From Candidatus Bathyarchaeota archaeon (lineage in GTDB: Archaea > Thermoproteota > Bathyarchaeia > Bathyarchaeales > Bathycorpusculaceae), in the NCBI GenBank assembly GCA_963717465.1, contig OY970340.1, positions 96,001-160,000 on the forward strand: a stretch of DNA of 64,000 nucleotides, written 5' to 3'. A model generated the notes under the pieces. It saw only the letters and a program-made list of their open reading frames with translations, made no database searches and was not told the DNA's origin. Both the position numbers and the translations under genes were made by a program. Below, in pieces: positions 30,320 to 38,737 of the stretch. Every line of letters starts with the position of its first letter. Position 1 is the first letter of the stretch.

Positions 30320-30427
30320 TAAAAATCGCAAAATTGACAACCTGCCAGATGGTGGCTACAGGTTGGGAGTTTGGCTTTCCTGTGGCCACCACCTAGAGGT
30401 GAATAGCGCGTCTTTAGAATGACGCGC
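30320..30427 (-). ncRNA. Candidate small RNA A (about 105 nt; 7-bp 5' hairpin plus long hairpin)
   Basis: GCGCGUC/GACGCGC begins at the expected TSS of module 6. Long stem at 30340-30400. U-rich end. Confidence 0.65.
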
Positions 30428-30449
30428 AGTCTATTTGCATCCTTATGGA

Positions 30450-30560
30450 TATTTAAGTTAAGTCGTAAACCGTTTTTGGGTTTTGCTACAAAACACGAAT
30501 ATAAATTTAATCAATATCAATTTAATTGCATTAATACAACATTTTTTAACACATTGTGCA
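30450..30560 (-). promoter_or_regulatory. Regulon promoter module 6 (no downstream CDS)
   Basis: tatttaag, ttttgctacaaaa, and cacattgtg at 100 bp. Confidence 0.8.
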
Positions 30561-30762
30561 AGTCGCTTTAACGTTCCTCCGATTAAAAGAAACAGAAGAT
30601 AGAACAGAAATTCAAAGCGGAATTGTAAAGCAAAGTTCAGCTTAATGCTTGAACTGTCACACTAAGCAAATTACTAAAAATAGTAATATTTGGCGTTATG
30701 CACAAAAGACTCACTATTCGCCAATTTAGCCATTAGTAGAAACTATTATCTCGTCAGCGTTT

Positions 30763-31341
30763 TTAAGAACGGGATTTAAGGGGTTTTCGAGTTGAAATTT
30801 CAGGTTGGAATAAAGCATTCAAGCTTCGCAATGAGAACGGCCTTGGAAACTTATTGCCTGTGCGGAACATAACGCTACGTGTTTCCACATGTGGTCGCTG
30901 AGGTAATAACAGTGTTTCTTTTTGCACTTCCTTAGACAATTCTACGAAACCATCATAGTTCTTATGCACAGATATCATGACCCAGTTCGTTGATTCTAAG
31001 CCTTGATCCTCTATAGCGCAAAGCACTTCAGGATGTCTCTGCATTAATTCACGAACTTTGCTAGTTTGTTCTGGTGTTATCACTTCAGTAGTTGAGGCAA
31101 ATGTAAATACGATAACATCTAGCCCCATTTTGTACAAGTTAGGGATTATAGTGTACTCTTTTATGTAACCATCCTGCTCCAGCTTCCTTCTCCTCCTAGA
31201 CAATGTCGTGTTACTAATTCCTAAAATTCTAGCAATTTCTCTATCGCTTTTACCGCCTAGCGCCATTAAGGCAAATAGAACTTTCAGGTTTTCCAAGGCT
31301 TTTCTATCTAACGTATCGTGCGTGCTCAAAAACTTATTCAT
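30763..31341 (-). CDS. Lrp/AsnC-like regulator (paralog 2)
   Basis: Same HTH as 22833..23441. Confidence 0.85.
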   Translation of the reverse strand: MNKFLSTHDTLDRKALENLKVLFALMALGGKSDREIARILGISNTTLSRRRRKLEQDGYIKEYTIIPNLYKMGLDVIVFTFASTTEVITPEQTSKVRELMQRHPEVLCAIEDQGLESTNWVMISVHKNYDGFVELSKEVQKETLLLPQRPHVETRSVMFRTGNKFPRPFSLRSLNALFQPEISTRKPLKSRS

Positions 31342-31484
31342 ACCAATGCATTATTCAACATAAAGCTTTAAATTTTTTTATTTCACATAGTGTGCCGAAT
31401 TAAAAAATTGAAGTTCTATTACTTTAAAAAATTCTGGAAAGTTTTGGTTTTTCTTATTTTAAGCATTACGTTGTCTGAGTAATT

Positions 31485-32090
31485 CTATGCATCAATGGGG
31501 TTGATTGTCTTGCCATCCCGCTTGTTTTTGACGCCATGCAATGGTTTGACAGATTGAAACAATGATTCCATGTTTCTGAACGAGAATGGTTTTGGAAACA
31601 TCTTATCCGTATGAAACATGAAAGTGTGAGTTTCGATGTGCGGTGGTTGATGAAGGGATAGTAATTCGTTTTGCACTTTTTTAGACAGGTCTATGAAACC
31701 ATCATAGTTCTTGTGCACAGTTATGCCAAGCCAGTTTGTACCTTCTAAACCTTGATCTTGTAGTATGCACAGAATTTCGGGATATTTCTGAATTAAATCA
31801 TGAGCCTCTTTAGATTGCACTGGTGTCACAACATCAGTAGTAGATGAAAAAGAAAACACTATAACCTCTAATCCCATTTTATGCAAATCAGGAATTATAG
31901 TATACTCTTTTATGTAACCATCCTGCTCCAGCTTCCTTCTCCTCCTAGACAATGTGGTATTACTAATCTCCAAAATCCGGGCAATCTCTCTGTCACTTTT
32001 ACCACATAACGCCATTAGAGCAAACAAAACTTGCAGGTTTTCCAGTAGCTTCTTATCTAACGTATCTTGCTTGCCCAAAAGCTTATTCAC
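31485..32090 (-). CDS. Lrp/AsnC-like regulator (paralog 3)
   Basis: Same HTH as paralogs 1 and 2. Confidence 0.85.
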   Translation of the reverse strand: MNKLLGKQDTLDKKLLENLQVLFALMALCGKSDREIARILEISNTTLSRRRRKLEQDGYIKEYTIIPDLHKMGLEVIVFSFSSTTDVVTPVQSKEAHDLIQKYPEILCILQDQGLEGTNWLGITVHKNYDGFIDLSKKVQNELLSLHQPPHIETHTFMFHTDKMFPKPFSFRNMESLFQSVKPLHGVKNKRDGKTINPIDA

Positions 32091-32254
32091 CCAATGTAGT
32101 ATTCACCAAAGCGGCTTTAAGTCTTTTCGTTTGACATCGAGACTAAACCAAAAATAACGACTTACCTAAAACAAAGTTTTAATTGAGATAACCAGCCAAG
32201 ACTATAAATAAAAAAGAAAAAGACAGAAGTCTCTGTCTTAGTTTTATTGCTTAT

Positions 32255-32908
32255 TTAGGTTTTGCCTACGAGCATTCGTGCCTTCTTAATGGCGTCACCG
32301 CAGTCTGCACCCCAAGTATCAGCCTTAATCCGCTTGCAGAAATCATCAGTCATCGGAGTACCGCCAACAAGAACCTTATACTTCTTACGCAACCCACGCT
32401 CAACAAGCGTATCAACGAGTGCTCTCTGATAAGACATACTGCTAGTCATCAACGCACCCATAGCAACAATATCAGCATGGACCTCTTCAGCCTTCTTCAC
32501 ATAATCCTCAGTTGGAATCTCTTCACCTAAATCATAAACATCAAAGCCATCAGTACGCAACATATCAGCAATCAAGTTCTTACCAATACTGTGAATATCA
32601 CCAAACGCTGTACCAATAACAACTATGCCTTTTGCCTTTGGCAGCTTATCTTTGGGATACTTTTCCTTGAGATAATTAACTGCAGCAGTCATCGCATTAG
32701 CAGCCATAATCACGTAGGGTAGTGGGTATTCGAAGCGGCCAAAGCGGTCACCAACTTCTTTGATGCCAACGGATAAGCCTTTCTCGATAGCGTCCATAAT
32801 CTCCAGCTTGTTCTCAACAGCCTCTTTAGCCGCTGCAACAGCCTCATCCTCATTATAATCAATGATAGCCTTAGCCAAATGCTCAAGAACTTCAGCCTTA
32901 GTCACCAT
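32255..32908 (-). CDS. Corrinoid protein, copy 2
   Basis: 214 of 217 residues identical to 24183..24836. Confidence 0.95.
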   Translation of the reverse strand: MVTKAEVLEHLAKAIIDYNEDEAVAAAKEAVENKLEIMDAIEKGLSVGIKEVGDRFGRFEYPLPYVIMAANAMTAAVNYLKEKYPKDKLPKAKGIVVIGTAFGDIHSIGKNLIADMLRTDGFDVYDLGEEIPTEDYVKKAEEVHADIVAMGALMTSSMSYQRALVDTLVERGLRKKYKVLVGGTPMTDDFCKRIKADTWGADCGDAIKKARMLVGKT

Positions 32909-32932
32909 AAAAATTCCCTTCTTTTGTCTCCT

Positions 32933-34507
32933 TTAGAATCTGGCGCCCGTTCCTGTTTTGTCTGCCGTGTAGCCGCCTATTTGGTACATCTTATCATACT
33001 TAGCAATAATTTCATTCATTTTGTCAGCTACGTCTTTTGGTGGTAATGGATTTGGAAATTCCTTTACGATCTTGTTAGTCAGGGCGAAAGCGCGATCATC
33101 CATGGTAAGCTTGTCTTCAATCCACCGAAGATATTGCCTCGTTTCCCATAAGCCATAACCATGACGCATAGGATAGAAGCCAGTATCTACCATGTTTTGC
33201 AAAGTGTATTTTTCCTTCATGAAGTCTCCTCTTGGGGTCTTCGTGAGCCATACATCTTTCATGTATGCGCCGGATGAAAAGTCTAAGTCCTTGAAATACC
33301 ATGTCATCATTCGAAGCATTTCAGCTGTCACAGCATAGCCCCATGGATTGATTCCATTCGGACCTACGGTGGAACTCCAACATCCTGTCTGATCAGTAGC
33401 GCTTTGGAGGGCGTTAAACAGATTGTAACTCATTAGGCCATTTTGTGTGTCTGAACCGCCACTGTAACCTCCTATGCTTTGTCCAGGCCACATTGTTGCT
33501 TTTGGCAAACTGTAGTTGCGGTGCCAGAAGTTCACATGAAGAGATAGCGCTTTACCGAATTGATCACCACATGCTGCTAGCATTTGCGTGTACGGCTCCA
33601 TGGGCATCACCAGATCATAGGTCATGACGGGGATATGGCCTTTTGCGACTCCGCCCATTCCCAAACCTAAACTTACCGCCATTCCTATAGATGAAGCCAC
33701 AGTCACTGAGTAGGCGCCCGTTAAGCTAATGGGACCTTGGAAACCAGGTATGCACACGTCAGTGAAATCTATAAGCAGAGGCCTGTTATTCTTCCAGCCT
33801 TCCAACGTACCAGTCATTCTGTCGCAAGTCTTTTGTCCATAAACTAAGCCTGGAGTGTCTCCATGGTTAGTTATGAACGGTCTCTTCGCAAGCTCATCAA
33901 ATCCTCCAAGAACCTCAGCAGCTAAATCAGTATAGCATTCAATATGATCAATTGCATCAATATGCCAAATATGCTTGGTAGTACATTGAATAGTGCTGTT
34001 AAGATCATGAGTATCCACTGGCAAACCAGCCTCAGCCAAATCCATAGGCAGGAAAATTGGGCTCGTCATATCGAACTCTGGGAAGTACTCAACAATTTTC
34101 TGCTCTCTCCAGTTGTCAGCGTCAACACAGTCTCTGAATTCAAAAAGTCGCGTAGCCGGATTCCATTTACCATAGAGAGCCATAATCCCAAAACCGCCTG
34201 CAAGAGTTCTGTTGCTTCCAGCGGATAAGAAACAGTCATTCTGGGGCGTCCTACCTGGCAAAATCTGCTCACTTGGTATTGCATTTACGGCTTCTACTGC
34301 AAGACCCTGAGACATCTTAGCAATTCCTTTCTTCTCGTCAACAGTGCAACCTAAATCCTTATAGACTTTGCAAAGCTTAGGAGTAACGCCTCCTACTCCA
34401 ATTCTTTCCAGCAGAAACATTGCGGCTTCATGGATTGACATTAATTCTTCTTTCGTTGCTAAAGAAGGGTTAGTGAACCTTCTAGGTACATTTATTCCTG
34501 TTCTCAA
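32933..34507 (-). CDS. MttB-superfamily methyltransferase, pyrrolysine-free, copy 2
   Basis: Full-length paralog of 24862..26451. Confidence 0.8.
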   Translation of the reverse strand: MRTGINVPRRFTNPSLATKEELMSIHEAAMFLLERIGVGGVTPKLCKVYKDLGCTVDEKKGIAKMSQGLAVEAVNAIPSEQILPGRTPQNDCFLSAGSNRTLAGGFGIMALYGKWNPATRLFEFRDCVDADNWREQKIVEYFPEFDMTSPIFLPMDLAEAGLPVDTHDLNSTIQCTTKHIWHIDAIDHIECYTDLAAEVLGGFDELAKRPFITNHGDTPGLVYGQKTCDRMTGTLEGWKNNRPLLIDFTDVCIPGFQGPISLTGAYSVTVASSIGMAVSLGLGMGGVAKGHIPVMTYDLVMPMEPYTQMLAACGDQFGKALSLHVNFWHRNYSLPKATMWPGQSIGGYSGGSDTQNGLMSYNLFNALQSATDQTGCWSSTVGPNGINPWGYAVTAEMLRMMTWYFKDLDFSSGAYMKDVWLTKTPRGDFMKEKYTLQNMVDTGFYPMRHGYGLWETRQYLRWIEDKLTMDDRAFALTNKIVKEFPNPLPPKDVADKMNEIIAKYDKMYQIGGYTADKTGTGARF

Positions 34508-34570
34508 TTTTTTTCTCTCCTAATTTTTAATTGTTTTTGACACGAAATTAAATATATGCGGTCTGATGTG

Positions 34571-34682
34571 TATTTAAGGTTAAATTATAAGTCAGTTTCA
34601 GCTTTTGCCACAAAATAAGACATTTCAACAATTGTCAATGACATTATCACATAATGAACAGAGTTTTTGGCACAATGTGCAA
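34571..34682 (-). promoter_or_regulatory. Regulon promoter module 7 (mttB-like 2)
   Basis: tatttaag, ttttgccacaaaa, and cacaatgtg at 100 bp. Confidence 0.8.
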
Positions 34683-34828
34683 CAATATATTTTGAACCTT
34701 TATCTGAAAAATCACAAATCAGAAAACATTTTAAAAGGAAAACAAGAAAACAAATGTCCGTTTTTTCACATTAACGATAAATAAGCAACTAAACAAAAAA
34801 ATAAAAAAAGAGTATTGAGGTTTTCTTC

Positions 34829-37145
34829 TTAAGGTCCCATGGGCCCGATGTTGGCTGAGTATACTTTTGCAAGATTAGCCTTGAAGCACCATGCACCAAG
34901 TTCAGGGCTAAGATGCTCTGGGCCGTCAGGCACTGTAACGTTAATGTTCCAGTCTGCCCATCCATAAAGCGTTGGTTCCTCAGCCGGCAACTCAGGACGC
35001 CACCAGCCGTGTTCTGGGTCGATTATCTTGGGGTTAACACCAAAATCATAACGTACTGTCTGTCTGCATCTGCCAAGCGGTGTTTCAATGTAAACCCATT
35101 CGCCATCTCCGATACCCATATTCCGTGCTGTAAGTGGATGCATCTTTACACGTGGAACCGGACGTAAATGACGCATTAACGTGAGATGTCGATGTTCACC
35201 ATGCTGCGCTTCTTGGAATCTGGCTCCACTGCACATAATCAGCGGATAGTCTTTTGCAATGTCTGGTGCACTGATCGGTGTCCATGCACATTCCACATAG
35301 TACGGCAACGGATTGTACCCAAGTTCTTCTAAGATGGTTGAGTAGAACGCAACTTTGCCCTCAGGGGTACCAAAGCCTCTAACCAGCCCAGTCTCTGGAT
35401 CGATCTCTTCGTATTTCTTGAACCTTGGCTCATAGGGCGGAACACCCTTCCATTCTTCAATAACTTGCTTTCGTGTCCAACCAGCGGGCTCGTAGAACCA
35501 AGCTTGAAATTCCTCTAGAGTCTTCCAATGCCAAACTTCATCAACTCTTTGTTTACCGACAACGGCGACAGCTAGGTCTCTGAATATGATGCTGTCGTCT
35601 TTTAGATCCCAAAGTCCAGGTATTTTCTGGGGTAGTGCGCGGTCGCCTGCAATCTCAAACTCAATCTGGCCTTGACATGAACAGGTTGCGTACCCAGATG
35701 GCCTCTCAAATTGACTGGTACCGGGCAGCACGTAATCTGCTATCATAGCCTCTGGAGTCATGGAAGCGCATTCTACGTAAACAAAGAGGTCAAGTTTCTT
35801 TAAAGCCTCGTAAACTTTCTTGGTGTTCGGATAGCCTCTCATGGGACCTACTTCACCGGAAAGCATAGCTTTAATGGGGTATGGTTTTCCCGTTAAAATC
35901 GTATCTATCGTGCTAGGGAAGTTTGGACCTATTGGCCCAGCGGATGGAACTCCCTTCCAGTATCCTTTATCCATTCCTGCAGCAATAATTGCACCTGCGC
36001 CAGGATAAGCCAGCATCTTATACTTGTCCGCTCCTATCTGGTTTGACATCATTGACATGTCACAAGCGTTTATGACATCAGTATGCATCTCAGTACCTGA
36101 GTGGAATTTGGGTTTTGCATGCAGATATTCGCCGCCTTCTACGTCAATGTTGCCTGTTAACGCAGGTAACATATATTTTGATCGGATGTTGCTCAAAGAG
36201 TTCCTGCCTGCTGATTCGATTGCGTAGCCGAATGGAAAATCGCATGGATGATTTTTCGCTATAAATCGGGCAGCTTCTTTTATCTTTTCAGCTGGAATCC
36301 AAGTAATTTCCGCAGCCTTCTCAGGCGTATACTGCTTAACGCGCTCTTTGAGCTTATCAAATCCAAAACACCATTTCTCCACAAAATCATGATCATACAA
36401 GTCCTCCTCAATGAGAACGTTCAACATAGCCATATTCAGCGCAGTATCAGTTCCAGGCCTAATTGCTAACCAAACTTCTGAAAGTCTACCAGTCTCAGTA
36501 AATCTTGGATCAACAGTGAGCATTTTTACGCCAGCATCTACACCTGCAACAAACCCAGGCCACGAATACGTCCAAGACTCTCTTGGGTTCGTACCAGATG
36601 CAAAGATACCCTTAGTCTTACCAGGAATTATGTTTGCATACGTTAATCCCACGCCATAGCCTACTCCTAAGGCTTGGATCGTGGGTCCGGCTCATGTCTG
36701 AGCAGCAGCGGAACCAAAGTTTGGGCTACCCATCATGATAAAGAAAGCAGCCTGTCCAAGACCCAGATTCGCAGCTTCGCCCGGTGCCGCTAAAGCCGCA
36801 AATTGATTCTCCACCGTACTTTTCCTTGATTTCTTTCACTTTTGTGGATATTTCTTCGGTCGCTTGTTCCCATGATATTCTTTGCCATTTGCCTTCTCCA
36901 CGTTTGCCTATTCTTTTTATTGGATACATCGGTCTGTCCTTGTTGTAAATGTATTCTAAACTGTACTTCCATTTTACACAATAGGGGCCCGGATTGAACG
37001 GGCTTTCCCAATCAGGCTCGACCTTTGTGATTTTTCCATTCTCAACAGTCTCAACAAGTTGACAGGAACCAGTACTGCAAAAACCGCAAACACACCTGTG
37101 AATCCCATCGAAACTCTTTGGATCTTCAAGTTTTTCACTCATCAT
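34829..37145 (-). CDS. Mo/W-bis-PGD oxidoreductase, copy 2; in-frame TGA at 36694-36692; one extra base near 36776 (probable sequencing indel)
   Basis: Span is 2317 nt, i.e. copy 1 length plus 1. The corrected frame reads GTGRAANLGLG...GSPNFGSAAAQT-TGA-AGPTIQALG. Confidence 0.88.
36648..36685 (-). promoter_or_regulatory. SECIS-like hairpin 6 nt downstream of the in-frame UGA (copy 2)
   Basis: CCCACG-AU-CCA-AGCCU-UAGGAGU-AGGCU-A-UGG-CGUGGG. Confidence 0.7.
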
Positions 37146-37204
37146 CCTATCTCCTATTTTTACTGTGTTTTTAGCACAAAAATGAATGTATGCAGCCTGA
37201 TGGA

Positions 37205-37316
37205 TATTTAAGGTTAGATTATAAGGCAGTTTGGATTTTTGCCACAAAATAAGGCATATAAGCAATTCTAATTGACATTATAGCATGAAAAGTATTTATT
37301 TTGGCACAATGTGCAA
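37205..37316 (-). promoter_or_regulatory. Regulon promoter module 8 (Mo/W enzyme 2)
   Basis: tatttaag, ttttgccacaaaa, and cacaatgtg at 100 bp. Confidence 0.8.
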
Positions 37317-37474
37317 CAGCACTTTAGGAACCTTTGTTAGGTACGAAAAACCACTCTTTTCTTGTTGATTGCTTTCCAGTTAGTTTTTGACTGATTAGTT
37401 AGACTTTGCAATTTAGAGTATCCTGAGATTGCTTTCTAGAGGAAATGATTCTTCGAGATTCTGAAAAATTCTAA

Positions 37475-37587
37475 CACATTGTGTTAAAAAAAACCGCAAT
37501 TTAATGCAACATTTCAAAACATTAGTTACCTCTTTCAGCTTGTTTTGAGGCAGAAATTTGAAAGCAATATACGACTTAGCTTAAATA
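37475..37587 (+). promoter_or_regulatory. Regulon promoter module 9, inverted (SDR pseudogene)
   Basis: cacattgtg, ttttgaggcagaa and cttaaata in mirrored order; spacing 104 bp. Confidence 0.7.
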
Positions 37588-37660
37588 ACATTGTAATCTC
37601 CTATTATTTTTCAATAAGAAAAGTTGGAGATTTTGACAAAGATAGAATTGAGGAATTTAA

Positions 37661-38507
37661 GATGGACATGAAGAATTTATTTGGTTATGAAAAGCAGACA
37701 GTGGTGGTTGTCGATGCCGCCTCTGGAATTGATAAGGAAACAGCTTAGATATTAGTTGAACTTGACGCCGAAGTGTACGGTTTAGATATTCAGGAAACCA
37801 AGACTTCAGGTGTTAAGTACATTAATGTAGACTTGAGGAAAAACAATCAATCGAGGCTGCAATCGCGAAGTTGCCTTCAAAGGTTGACAAGATTTTCAAT
37901 GTTGTAGGAATTGGCGAATCGCCGAATCGCGTTGATATAGTTCTAATAAATTTCGTTGGACACAGACATATCATTGAAAATCTTCTTCCACGGATGCCAG
38001 ATGGCAGTGGAGCTATTGCGATAGTTTCATCCCTTGGCGGCTTGGCTTGGTTGATGAACCTGCAGAATGTGCAAACTTTTCTTGCCATACCAGATTGGGA
38101 AGGCGCCGTTGCATGGCTTGAAGAACATAAAGAGGATCCTGAAATCATCGGCGGACCAAAGCAGAACATTAGAGAATATAATTTTTCCAAAGAATGTCTC
38201 GTTGCATACACCAAGGCACGCGCTTATCAGCTATCTCAAAGAGGCATTAGATTAAACACAATCATGCCTGGTGTCACTCAAACTCCGTTGTTGAAGGGAA
38301 TGACCGATGAACAGGGGAAAAAACATAATATCACTTATTGGACGTTACGCGAAGGCTGCTGAACAGGCATGGACGCTCGTATTTCTAAACAGCAATTTAG
38401 CAAGTTACATTAGTGGAGCAGACATCGTCGTTGACTATGGATTCTCAGGCGGCATATACACCGGTCAAGTAGATCTGTCAAAGACAGGTTGGCTGCCCTC
38501 TGTTTAA
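37661..38507 (+). pseudogene. Short-chain dehydrogenase/reductase (3-alpha-HSD/coniferyl-alcohol DH-like), disrupted
   Basis: YNFSK, IRLNTIMPG.TQTPL and SYISG..I.VDYG motifs. In-frame TAG at 37746, two frameshifts, and GxxxGxG degraded to DAASGID. Confidence 0.8.
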
Positions 38508-38737
38508 GAAGATCTAAACGGAATAAGCACTGCCCACAAGTTTTTCTTTTTTTATTTTGTTTTTAGTTTAGCGGAAAAGATCAGAAGTTAAAAAGAGGTT
38601 CTAAAAAGTTATCAAGCAAGCATTCATCTCTAAAGGAATGAACAAACATTCTTCTTAAAGACTGGGTTATCGGGTTTTAGAATTATTGATGAACAAAAGA
38701 TAATTAAACACGCGAAAAAGGGACTAAAAGAAGAAGA

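Noticed and set aside
29435..30427. tRNA-Sec, CRISPR mini-array or IS200/IS605 ends
   Set aside because: No cloverleaf or UCA anticodon arm, no identical direct repeats with regular spacers, and no cas or transposase gene nearby.
36770..36780. Frameshift in Mo/W copy 2 as programmed or inactivating
   Set aside because: A single extra base with no slippery motif, matching the window-wide indel error pattern. It needs read confirmation.
37746..37748. In-frame TAG in the SDR as pyrrolysine
   Set aside because: Non-catalytic position, accompanied by motif decay and frameshifts. The MtmB/MttB homologs here are Pyl-free.
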